Source: Candidatus Parcubacteria bacterium
GTDB taxonomy: Bacteria > Patescibacteriota > Patescibacteriia > CAIXNZ01
Direction: 5' to 3'
NCBI GenBank assembly: GCA_026395685.1
Contig: JAPLYG010000008.1
Span: forward strand, 15,225-79,224
DNA: 64,000 bases
Positions 1 to 10,100 of the stretch are shown here, piece after piece. Both the position numbers and the translations under genes were made by a program. The notes below the pieces were generated by a model that saw nothing but the letters and a program-made list of their open reading frames with translations, was not told where the DNA came from and ran no database searches. Every line of letters begins with the position of its first letter. Position 1 is the first letter of the stretch.

Positions 1-339
1 CCTATATAACTGCCTGCCCGCCGAAGCGAAGCGTAGGCGGGAGCTACATGCCCGGATATTTATCAGTAAAATATAAAATTATCTTAGCAAAAAAAGACTG
101 GCAAATCAAGCCCCAAGCCTAAAGTTATTATTTTTTTACTTTTTCCTCAATCACCATTGCCTCATCAATAATCGCGCTCCAGACTTTATATAAAAAATGA
201 TTTGCTTAAGCCGTGCTTTTTTGCAAATTTGTCAAACTTTTTAAAAATTTCTAGCTCGCGAATGCTAATATCTAAAAGCTAAAATGTAGAATTCCCTATT
301 TCGAAAGTCAGCTTTAAACTTACAGAGCTAAGTATCTTA

Positions 340-1359
340 TTATTCTATAAAACCATGTATCTCACCGTCATTTCCTTTCCCTGATTGGTCTAAAACATTC
401 TCACCGTCATTTTTCTTCAAATCCCACCAGGCTAATAAACCCTCCTTATTATTAACATTCTTTTTATCATAAAATTCTTTAACTTCTTCAGCGGTTAAAG
501 CTCGTTCCCAGACGCTCACATGCTCAATTTCTCCCTGAAAATAATTAAAACAGCGGGTTCGCGGCAGATAATCTCCTAAATTCATCCCCTCAAAAAATCC
601 CTGCTGAACTTGGCTCGGTTGATAATATAAACAGCCAATATCGAATTTTACCTTACTGGTATCCTCAACGCCTCCGACGCTTTTATCAAAAAAGATGTTT
701 ATATTATTATTTCCTCTTTTATACACAGTATCAACTTCCTTGCCATTAATATATACTTTATTACCGCTGATATCTGTAGTATATGCGACCAAGTACCATT
801 TATTCAACTCGATATTATAAAGAATATCTAGACGATCACTATCATAATCTCCAACCCACTCAATATCTAATTTATCGCCCCCTTCAATATGACGCACGCC
901 CAGCCACATTCTGGAAACGTAAATGTCCTCTAAATTTTGGGCCGATAAAATATAGCTTCTTTCTGCTGGTATTTCTTCCGCCTTAAAAAAAGCCATAAAT
1001 GTACCGCTGGGACCGACCTGATTAAAAACATTGTCAGCAAAAGAAATATAATCATTGGCGCCGGAAAATCTCCAAATATCTTTTCTCCGGCTTGGCTTTA
1101 CTAAAGTTTTCTGCAAATTATCTGCTGATACGATATCGTTTATCAGACCATTATCATTTCCTACAATACTTTGCTTATCTTCCCGATTAATTATTAACTC
1201 CGACATACTTGATTTTGCTGTTTTTAACTGATAAATTTGGTACATGAAAAATACAGAGCTGGCAAGTAAAATTACAGAGATAATTATTAAAATATTTACT
1301 AAGCCATCAGACTGTTCTTCTTTTGTTTCTTCTAAGTAGGGCTTCAAATTGTTTGCCAT
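340..1359 (-). CDS. membrane-anchored LamG/concanavalin-A-like lectin domain protein (hypothetical)
   Basis: 339-aa ORF with an N-terminal TM helix followed by a beta-rich domain whose motif pattern (W..GV, NKWYLVAYT, VYINGKEV) resembles LamG jelly-roll domains; no SD. Confidence 0.55.
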   Translation of the reverse strand: MANNLKPYLEETKEEQSDGLVNILIIISVILLASSVFFMYQIYQLKTAKSSMSELIINREDKQSIVGNDNGLINDIVSADNLQKTLVKPSRRKDIWRFSGANDYISFADNVFNQVGPSGTFMAFFKAEEIPAERSYILSAQNLEDIYVSRMWLGVRHIEGGDKLDIEWVGDYDSDRLDILYNIELNKWYLVAYTTDISGNKVYINGKEVDTVYKRGNNNINIFFDKSVGGVEDTSKVKFDIGCLYYQPSQVQQGFFEGMNLGDYLPRTRCFNYFQGEIEHVSVWERALTAEEVKEFYDKKNVNNKEGLLAWWDLKKNDGENVLDQSGKGNDGEIHGFIE

Positions 1360-1470
1360 ATATTTTATTAATAATTACTACAACAAAACTTCGGACTTTG
1401 GACTTCACTATGTTATTATTATATCATAATTACGAACATTCGTACTTTCGTAAGATTACTATTAACCACT

Positions 1471-2607
1471 ATGAACAAAACCAAACTATCGTCCTACGAT
1501 TTTAATCTACCTAAAGAACTAATCGCCCAAAAGCCTGTATCACCTGCTGATACCTGTTGTCTTTTAGTTTTAGACCGCAAAACAAAAAGAATTATCGATG
1601 AAAAATTTTTAAATCTAACGAAATACCTAAATAAAGGTGATGTTTTAGTCTTTAATAATTCCAAAGTTTTGCCTGCACGTTTAATTGGCAGAAAGAAAAC
1701 TGGCGGTAAAGTGGAAATTTTGCTTTTACGACAGATCAAACCCGATACTTGGGAATGCCTGGTCGGCAATTTGCCCGTACACAAACAGGTCGGTACCTCG
1801 CTCCTCTTCTCGGGTAAACAAGAGCATGCTTCGACTAAGCTCAGTACAGGTCCGCTCTTGTCAGGGCAAATTGCCGCGCGAAAAAACAACATTGCTCAAA
1901 TCAAATTTAATTTATCCGGCAAAAAATTAATGGACCAAATATTTAAACTCGGCCAGACTCCTACTCCGCCCTACATTAAACGTCTTGCTAAAGCCACTGA
2001 ATATCAAAACTTTTTTGCCAAAAAGATCGGTTCTGTAGCCGCCCCAACGGCAGGACTACATTTTACTCCGCGAATATTCAAACTGCTAAAACAAAAAGGT
2101 GTGCAAATTGAATTTGTCACGCTTCATGTAGGTCTGGGCACTTTTGCGCCTATTAAATTTGAGGATATTACCAAGCACCAGATCCATTCGGAATATTTTG
2201 AGCTGGACAAGGCGACTGCTAAGCGACTTAACCAAGCAAAAAAAGAAGGCCGCCGCATCATCGCCGTGGGCACAACATCAGTTCGTGTTCTAGAATCATG
2301 TTCTCAATCCAAAATCTCAAAGGCTTCAAACTTCGGCTTGCCCGCCGAAGCTTTAGCGGAGGCGGGCCTTCGGCCATCGGCCTTTATGCTTAGAGCTAAT
2401 TCCGGATACACCGACATCTACATCTACCCCGGCTACAAATTTAAATTCATCGACTCCTTAATCACCAACTTCCACGTCCCTAAATCTTCTCTTCTGCTTT
2501 TAGTCAGCGCCTTGGCCGGAACAGAATTTATCAAAAAAGCTTACCAGTACGCAATCAGGAAAAAATACCGGTTTTATTCGTTCGGGGATGTCATGTTAAT
2601 TAAATAA
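1471..2607 (+). CDS. queA: S-adenosylmethionine:tRNA ribosyltransferase-isomerase
   Basis: N-terminal SYDFNLPKELIAQKP, C-terminal DIYIYPGYKF..LITNFHVPKSSLLLLVSA are QueA hallmarks; ~15-aa extra segment encoded by a GC-rich hairpin at 2341-2366. Confidence 0.85.
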   Translation: MNKTKLSSYDFNLPKELIAQKPVSPADTCCLLVLDRKTKRIIDEKFLNLTKYLNKGDVLVFNNSKVLPARLIGRKKTGGKVEILLLRQIKPDTWECLVGNLPVHKQVGTSLLFSGKQEHASTKLSTGPLLSGQIAARKNNIAQIKFNLSGKKLMDQIFKLGQTPTPPYIKRLAKATEYQNFFAKKIGSVAAPTAGLHFTPRIFKLLKQKGVQIEFVTLHVGLGTFAPIKFEDITKHQIHSEYFELDKATAKRLNQAKKEGRRIIAVGTTSVRVLESCSQSKISKASNFGLPAEALAEAGLRPSAFMLRANSGYTDIYIYPGYKFKFIDSLITNFHVPKSSLLLLVSALAGTEFIKKAYQYAIRKKYRFYSFGDVMLIK

Positions 2608-2661
2608 AAAAGACGCAGAATGGAATCCACGCCTTTAGCAGAAACTATTAGGATGAATGCA

Positions 2662-3021
2662 CTATTTAAACATTTCATCCGTTTCGGAATCGTCCGGTGG
2701 TTCAGGGGCTGGTGGAGCTTGCATATCAATGAGAAATTGCAAGCTAACGACCTCTGCATCGTCGGCCACATCATACTTGCGAAAATACTCGAGGGAACCT
2801 TCTACGTCGATGTCCCCCATCCTCTCAAGAATCTTACGACAAATATCCAGGTCCTTATCACCCGCTATTCCGGGGAAATCCCAGTCAATCTCGTTATCAA
2901 TAACTTTACCGTCTTTTACTTCAACTGCAGGCACATGGATCCAATTGCAACCTTCTTCGCCTTGAAGTCGGTCCACGAACTCTTGCCAACGAGGATGCTC
3001 AAGGGTCATCACGCTACTCAT
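2662..3021 (-). CDS. small acidic hypothetical protein (119 aa), SD-led
   Basis: Strong SD (AAGGAGGA, 7 nt before ATG) and sigma70-like promoter on minus strand; elevated GC; overlapping plus-strand ORFs lack signals. Confidence 0.55.
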   Translation of the reverse strand: MSSVMTLEHPRWQEFVDRLQGEEGCNWIHVPAVEVKDGKVIDNEIDWDFPGIAGDKDLDICRKILERMGDIDVEGSLEYFRKYDVADDAEVVSLQFLIDMQAPPAPEPPDDSETDEMFK

Positions 3022-3074
3022 TTTTGAATCCTCCTTAGGTTATTACCAGCCAAAGATCCGAAAACCTACAAATT

Positions 3075-3103
3075 ATAATACCATATTTACTTTTTCTTGT
3101 CAA
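3075..3103 (-). promoter_or_regulatory. sigma70-like promoter (TTGACA-17-TATTAT) for 2662..3021
   Basis: Minus-strand TTGACA (3103..3098) and TATTAT (3080..3075) with 17-nt spacer upstream of SD/ATG. Confidence 0.45.
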
Positions 3104-3124
3104 CCCCACTACCCTAGAGGTTTT

Positions 3125-6100
3125 TTATTTTGCCTGTAAAATTATTTTGCCGTTGGATTCACTGGCTGCAAACCCGAGTTCACCAATTTTGCTGCTTCTG
3201 AACAGTTCCACTATTTTTAGAGGCAATTTTTCTTCACTAAAAACTATAGGCATTTCAATATTTTTTTTCAGGGATAAATAATGTAAAATAGTTTCTTCTT
3301 GTTTAGCAGCAGGCACATTATTAAAAAACTTCAAAACTTCCACAATCACCTTGTCTTCTTCATTTTCTTTGCTTAAATAATCAGCCGCCAAAATATAGCC
3401 CAAAACTTCCTTTGCATCCTTGTTTTTTTCCAAAAAGACATTGCTGTGATTGTCGGGAAAATTCAAACCGCCATCCTCATCATCCTCCCCCTTGCCGATT
3501 TTATCCAAAATCGTCTGTGCTTCCTCGATTTCCGCTTTATTCAATTTTTTCAGCAAAGGAGACTCGGAAAAATTATAAATAGCCAGCCCCAGCAGATGCA
3601 GGCCGTCTTTATTTTTAGTATTCTCTGGATCATGAAGCACATAACAGCTCGAGTGTTCAAAGCAATCAGAATATTTCAAGGGCCTCACAGGCTCATATAG
3701 CATATTGGGATTTTCCAGTTCCCCCGTAACCAAACCGCCGTCATCATTATAGCTGGTGCCCAAAATAACCAATTTGTCGGAAAAATGCTTTTTAAAAAAA
3801 TTATTATAGGCTTTGGCAATGGCTGGCCTGTATTTTATGCCCCGGTTGGCAATTTCAATATTATCAACGGCCAAAACAGGGAAATCACGCTTCTTATCTA
3901 AATATTTTTTGTTTGGAATTTCATCCGCCTTAAGCTTGGCTGCAACTAAAACTGACTGGGCAATCATATCTTCCTGACCATATTCATCAACCACGGAAAC
4001 CGTAAAATAAGCAGTATCTTCATGGCTCATGTATTCATAATTAATATCTGTGCCATATCTCATGCAACAGTCTGTGAAATCGCCGGCCACCCAGCCTTTA
4101 GGGTCAGACTTTCTATGAATTTGTACCACCATTTTTTTGCCCTTGATCTCATATTTATTAAGTTTTAAAATATTACGAACACTTTCTTGATCTTCTTTCG
4201 GTATTTCTTCCGCTAAATAATCTGACACTATTTTTTTACCCTGATATTTATCTTTAATAAAGCTTGCCAAATCATTGTATAATTTTTTGGCCTGGCCTGC
4301 TGGTTGCGAGCCATTAATCCCCAAATCAATCAGCTTTAACAGCAGAGCAAAAACCTGCTTATTTTCCGAATCTTTATCTATTGCCAAATCATGCTTTTCT
4401 AAAAATTCATACAGCTTTTTATATTCCTTTTTCTTGAGTAATTTTAAGAAAAAATCCCTAAATGGCGAATCAAAATTCAAATTGAAGCTTTCCTCCTTAA
4501 TATTCTGCAAATTAATAAATTTCCCGCCTTCTTTCAAAATGGCTGATTTATTTAAAGCTACCTTGCGATCATTGCTTAATCTGATTTTTGCTTTTATTTT
4601 CTCCTGTTCGCTGATTGAGCCATCAATTTGAATCGCCTGCAAGCGCGGCTCAAAATCAGCCTTAATTTTTTCTTTACGGTCTTTGTCCTGCCATTCAATT
4701 AAATCAAAAATTGAAAAGTCACCCATAATGCTCGAGATTTTTTCATTTTTGATTAACTGGCCGATTACCGGAATTATTCTTGTTAATTCCTGGCTTGGAA
4801 GCGCATTTTTTACAATTTCATTTAGCGGTGTAATTTCGTATTCTTCCCTTAGCGGCTGAATCAAAGCTTTTTCATCTAAGCCGTCTTGATTTTCCGCCTG
4901 ACGTATGATTAAACCGCTTTTGACATCACGTTCAATCAACCCGATATTAATACCCGGAGCTTTCATCTCTAATATCTTTTCAACAAGTTCCGGCGATAGA
5001 TTATCAGGTAAAATTGAACCCAAGCCGATAAGGTCGATTTGATGCTTGAATTCGGCATAGCTGGCAAAATTATAATTTTCAATATGGTGCAGATTGCGTT
5101 CTTTCCTGGATTGCTGCTGCTTGGTAAAAAGTTCCGGAGAAAACTGATTCATCATTTCATGCAGTTCAAAGGGGTTAGGCGCCTGCTTTATTAAGGTGCT
5201 GAGTATTTCAGGGCTAAAAACATTTTTTTCTTTCAGGGAATCAACGAAAAGAAGTAAATCATGGGTTGAATGGCCCCAATGCTTACTTTTAAATTCAAAA
5301 AACTTTTTAAGGCCGATAATATTTTTCAAATACTCAAAATTTGCTCTTACCTGTCCGGCCCAGACACCTGCTGATAAAATTTTTACTGCCTGTTCATATT
5401 TGGCTTCCGAGGATAAATTTTTGAAAGTTTCCTGCTGATCCTTAATCGCGACAAATTCAGACCCGTTTACACCCAAGTCCTGGGCTAATTTCAGTAAATC
5501 ATCGGTAATTTTTCCAAATGATTCAATATTTTTAGACACAAAGTCAGCTGGCATATCCCAAGAATGCACTCCGTGTTCCAACAATTTAAGTGCAACCTCA
5601 TTATTTAAATGCTTGAATAATTCAAAGTTTTTTACTACCAATGCAATATTTCCATTTTTGATTGATATCAATGCGACTTTATTATGGTCTAAACCCTGAA
5701 ATTTTTCAAAATGAGCTATTATGTACGTTTCATTCATTCGCCGCTCAATAAGCAGATAGGCAATTTCCTGATCCAATGGACCCTGAAATTTGGGTAACAA
5801 TTCCGCAAATGTCCGTAAATTATCATTCTCGATTAACTTGAGAGCAAGGTCATTATCAAAAACCAAGCCCTGGAAGGTTCCCGGCTCTTTAATTGACCAA
5901 TGAGCATTGTGGCTTTCAATTAATTTAATTGCCACATCAGCATCAAGGCCTGTAAAGGACTTATAATAATTATCAACAACCCCGCCTTTTCCCGCTTCAA
6001 TCAATTTAAGAGCTACCTCTTTATCTAAAGAATCTTTAAACCGTGAAATATTATTTTGTAATGTTTCAATTTCTCCCAATTCAATTAATTTAAGGGCAAT

Positions 6101-7183
6101 TTCCTTATCAAAACCAACATTTTCAATGAGGAAATTATTGCTTAACACCTTTTTGCTCTGGCCCACCTCAATCATTTTAATAATTACCTCCTTATCAAGC
6201 CCCCGAAACCTAGCAATGTTATCCAGCAGTATCTCTGGCCTTTTGGCTTCAATAATTTTTAAAGCTATGCTTTTGTCTAAGGTGAAATTTTTAAATCTTT
6301 CCGGATGACCAACCACATACCAAATTTGACCGGATTCTATAAGCTTAAGCGCAAAATCTTTATCTAAACTATCAAATTTATCAAGAATTTTTTCTAGATC
6401 GTAAGCGGCAAACATACCCTTTACCAGCTCCCAGGCAACTTCATTATCCAGGCCGGAAAATATCTCCAGGTTCTTTACTATGGCCGATTTCTGATTATTC
6501 TGAATTAATTTAAGTGCTACATTTTTATCTAAATCTTTAAAGCTTTTAATATGTTCGGCTACCTTACTGCTATGCCCGTCTTCAATCAATTTAAGAGCGA
6601 TTTCTTTTTCAAGTCCGTTTAATTTATTCAGATACCAGCTTAAATCATAACTTCTGCCGGCTGCTATCATCTCTTTAGCGATTTCATTATGGCTAACACC
6701 ATCAAAAAACTTGAATTCCTTAAATAATGTATGGTAACAGGCTCCAGTTTTAATTAATTTAAAAGCAAGATCCTTTTTATCCAAGTCGCGAAATAGTGAA
6801 TCCAGATGTGAAGTCACATATATATCCAAATCGCTTTCAATAAGTTTATAGGCTATGCGCTTTAAATCCACATTTTTATAACTTCTAAGATCCTTTAATA
6901 ATTCATTAATATAGCGCCTTTTCTCAATCATCTTAAAAAAGACTTGCTCGTCCAAGCCACTAAAATAAGAAGCACGGTTTAAAATCAAAGACTCCTGATT
7001 ATGTTCAATCAGTTTGAGCGCAATTTTTTTATGAAATTCGGGCAAAATGTCTTTTAACTGTTCTAAATGAAATCTTTCCCCGGCTTCTATCTGCTTAATA
7101 ATTTGATCAACTGTCGGCTTTTTAAGAGCCGGCTCTTCAATATTATTATTTCCGCCAGCTGGGGGCTCTTCAATTTTTGGCAT
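3125..7183 (-). CDS. giant repeat protein (1352 aa): ~38-aa helical repeat array + C-terminal conserved domain with DCCM motif
   Basis: Long uninterrupted ORF; >15 repeats of pattern F.GLD.E.A.KLIE.G....V..N...F; C-terminal region homologous to 7197..11480 (SDPxxxxxGDxTxCCM). Confidence 0.8.
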   Translation of the reverse strand: MPKIEEPPAGGNNNIEEPALKKPTVDQIIKQIEAGERFHLEQLKDILPEFHKKIALKLIEHNQESLILNRASYFSGLDEQVFFKMIEKRRYINELLKDLRSYKNVDLKRIAYKLIESDLDIYVTSHLDSLFRDLDKKDLAFKLIKTGACYHTLFKEFKFFDGVSHNEIAKEMIAAGRSYDLSWYLNKLNGLEKEIALKLIEDGHSSKVAEHIKSFKDLDKNVALKLIQNNQKSAIVKNLEIFSGLDNEVAWELVKGMFAAYDLEKILDKFDSLDKDFALKLIESGQIWYVVGHPERFKNFTLDKSIALKIIEAKRPEILLDNIARFRGLDKEVIIKMIEVGQSKKVLSNNFLIENVGFDKEIALKLIELGEIETLQNNISRFKDSLDKEVALKLIEAGKGGVVDNYYKSFTGLDADVAIKLIESHNAHWSIKEPGTFQGLVFDNDLALKLIENDNLRTFAELLPKFQGPLDQEIAYLLIERRMNETYIIAHFEKFQGLDHNKVALISIKNGNIALVVKNFELFKHLNNEVALKLLEHGVHSWDMPADFVSKNIESFGKITDDLLKLAQDLGVNGSEFVAIKDQQETFKNLSSEAKYEQAVKILSAGVWAGQVRANFEYLKNIIGLKKFFEFKSKHWGHSTHDLLLFVDSLKEKNVFSPEILSTLIKQAPNPFELHEMMNQFSPELFTKQQQSRKERNLHHIENYNFASYAEFKHQIDLIGLGSILPDNLSPELVEKILEMKAPGINIGLIERDVKSGLIIRQAENQDGLDEKALIQPLREEYEITPLNEIVKNALPSQELTRIIPVIGQLIKNEKISSIMGDFSIFDLIEWQDKDRKEKIKADFEPRLQAIQIDGSISEQEKIKAKIRLSNDRKVALNKSAILKEGGKFINLQNIKEESFNLNFDSPFRDFFLKLLKKKEYKKLYEFLEKHDLAIDKDSENKQVFALLLKLIDLGINGSQPAGQAKKLYNDLASFIKDKYQGKKIVSDYLAEEIPKEDQESVRNILKLNKYEIKGKKMVVQIHRKSDPKGWVAGDFTDCCMRYGTDINYEYMSHEDTAYFTVSVVDEYGQEDMIAQSVLVAAKLKADEIPNKKYLDKKRDFPVLAVDNIEIANRGIKYRPAIAKAYNNFFKKHFSDKLVILGTSYNDDGGLVTGELENPNMLYEPVRPLKYSDCFEHSSCYVLHDPENTKNKDGLHLLGLAIYNFSESPLLKKLNKAEIEEAQTILDKIGKGEDDEDGGLNFPDNHSNVFLEKNKDAKEVLGYILAADYLSKENEEDKVIVEVLKFFNNVPAAKQEETILHYLSLKKNIEMPIVFSEEKLPLKIVELFRSSKIGELGFAASESNGKIILQAK

Positions 7184-7196
7184 AAATATAACTTTA

Positions 7197-10100
7197 TTAT
7201 TTTTTTATCTTCCTGAGTTCCAAACGATGGAATGTCTCGCCTGCTTCTTTCATTTTGGTATCAACTGCTATTTCATAATTATACTGGCCTGCATATTTCA
7301 TAATAATCGGATAAGATGTTGTTTCCCGGCACCTCATCACAATCGGCATTTTATTTAATTTATCATCATTTTCAATTTTTTTCATTAAACCCCAGGCCAG
7401 TTCCATTCCCACCCCTGTTTTCTGTTTGTCCGGATCTACCGCAATATCATGAAAATATATTTTTGTTTCATCCCTGCCTGGTTCTTTTGCCAAATAACCC
7501 AAAACATAGCCGTCTAAAACGCCAGCGTCAGTAAAATGACCTAGCGTCAGAGCATTTGTTTTTTCCTGTTCAGCTTGGAGATTGGAAGCAGTTAATATTT
7601 TCTGCATTGTCGTTATACCTTCAACTAAGGCGGGATTAGAGCCGTATATTTTTTCTTCCAGATAAGCGACCGGAAAAGTATCGCGCCAGCTGATATCCTG
7701 AATGCCAATTCTTTTAGCGCTGTCTTTTGGGGCACCTTCGGGTAATAATTCCAGACATTTGTCATGCAGATTATCAGAATAGCTGATTAGAGCCTGCGGT
7801 AAAAATTCATTGGGCGGTGTTGTTTTAATATTCTTTAAATAATCCAGATATCCCAGGCCAATAACAACTCTGCTATTTTCCATGCCCAATTGCTTTCGAT
7901 ACTCGTCAAAAAAGGCTTTATAAATAACCGATATAATGCTTTCATCATTTTTAATCAGGCGCTGGACCAGATTATTCTGGCCTTCGACATTATCGCAGGC
8001 AATTACATTTTGGCTGTTATAAAATTTTTCCAAAAAATCAGGTCCTAGTGTTTCTTGCAGATTTACCTCTCCGTGTAATCTTAAATCTGTGACTAATTTT
8101 TCAAATTTTTCTTTGCCTATTCCCTTATCCAGGGTCATAATGCTCTGGACTACGATTCTGGCTTCTTCAGGCGACTGGCCTGGCTGGCGGAAGCTCAAAG
8201 TCATGGCTCCGCATTGCGGGGAAAATAAATATACATTTTGTTTACCCGAGCCAAACGGCATACAGCAGGATGTGTCATCCCCGATTGTGGCATAGCGCGG
8301 ATCGCTGTGCGGCAAAATTTCCGCCCTCATAATTATTTCTTCTCCGCTATATTTCAGGCGGTGATCTTCAATGACTGCTTTCATATCTTCAATTAATATC
8401 TTCTGTTCTTCTGGTATTAAATTCTTAACTTCAAATTTTTCCCGTTTAGACTTAATTTTTTTAGCTAAAAATTCCGCCTTAATATCCTTACTCTCCAAAA
8501 TTTGCCGCCAAACTTTTTTAAGATCGTCTTTATCCTTTATTTGTGTTATTTGTTCCAATAAAGCCTCCGAATTATCGCCGAACTTTTTGCCGCTGACAAG
8601 CCCGGCTGCCCGTTCCTGAGTGTATTTTTTTAATTCCTCAAAATCCAAATTTTCAATTATTTTAAAAACTTCCAGGGACTTATTTAAGTCTGCGCTTAAA
8701 TACTGATTGCTGTCTGCCAAATATACTGTGATAAACTTTTCTAAGTTTCCTTCAATCTGCTTGGCTAAATGATCCAATTCTTTTTCTTTGTCCCTGGCCT
8801 CTTTGTTTTTCAAAATCATTGTATAATCTTTGCTATACGGTTTAAATGGTGACATTGTATCAATCTGCCCCTCAACTAACGCTTTAACAATATCCTCGGG
8901 TCTCAAAGCTATCGTATAATATCCGTCTCCCAATTCAGCCCACTGATTGGGCTCCAGTTCTGACTGCAGCTTCTTATTGGCATGGCTATCAGGCAGCTGT
9001 AAAAATCTCTCGGCATCAGTAAACAACATTAATGCCGGCCCCATACCCACTGTCGGATGGGCTATCAGTTTATTGGCATATTCATAAAGCTTGGGATTAC
9101 TTTCCTGCAAGTTATTTAAGGCTTCCTGCATTCTAGGGGTCATTTTTCTTCTCAGCTCCACTTTTTTTCTGAAAGTCTTTACATTTTTAAACCAGCCTTC
9201 TTTTTCAAATTCTTCCCGCCAGCCGGGCTGGAAATTTTTTACCGCATTAACCAAAAGCTGACGGCTATCCATGCCTTCAATACTTACAGCCGAATCCGAC
9301 GCAGTCTGAAGCAGTATATTTTTAAGTTCTTCCTTATTAGTAACTATTTGAAAAAGGTCGGGCAAAAAATACAAAGCATCATGGCGGTCACTGCCTTTGA
9401 TATATTTCCAGGCATTTTCCGTACCGATTAAAGAGGCAAGCTCTTTAAACCAGGCGCATATTTCCCTGTCCCAAATATACCCCGGATTATTTAAAAGAAA
9501 CTCAGCCACCTTATTGACTCTGTTTTTTTTATTTAGTTTTGAAAGCTCATCATAGTGCTCATTAATTTCCCAAAACTCCTTGTGTTCCAAGCCCAAATCT
9601 TTATAATAATTATATTTTTCTAAATTTAATGAAACTTTCTTTTCCTGGCAAAATTTTACCACCTTGTCAGCGCTGGGCATTTCAGCTAAAAGCGCCTCAA
9701 GAATTAACTGGTAATCTCCTCCTTTTAAACCGGTAAATTTTTCCAAATCATCAGCCACCGCCGGCCCCATACCATTATGAATAAGTGCCAAGGCAATCAT
9801 TCTATGATCCAAATCCACAAATTTATGTAAATTATCAAGAACTGTTGTTTCGAAATTTTTTATTATCAATGCTATGGCCACTTCATTATCCAAACCCTTA
9901 AAATAATCAAACTCGAAACTAAGGACCTCCGGAAGGTTAGCATTTATAAAAGCCAAAGCAACATCCTTATCCATTCCCTCAAATTTCGTTAAATTGTCTG
10001 CAACAGCCTTGCCTTGACCATTGGCAATAAGTCTAATAGCCATTGCCTTGTTATTCAGGCCGGGAAATCTATCTATTAGAGTGGCTACTGTATACCCTTC

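Noticed and set aside
262-308. Copy of ATGCTAATAT...TTCCCTATTT promoter/leader motif downstream of the LamG gene
   Set aside because: No properly spaced -35 and no downstream plus-strand gene; possibly a remnant leader fragment, insufficient evidence for a feature
2620-3027. Plus-strand ORFs 2620..3027 and 2657..2965 overlapping the small acidic gene
   Set aside because: No SD or promoter; minus-strand ORF has strong SD and TTGACA-17-TATTAT promoter
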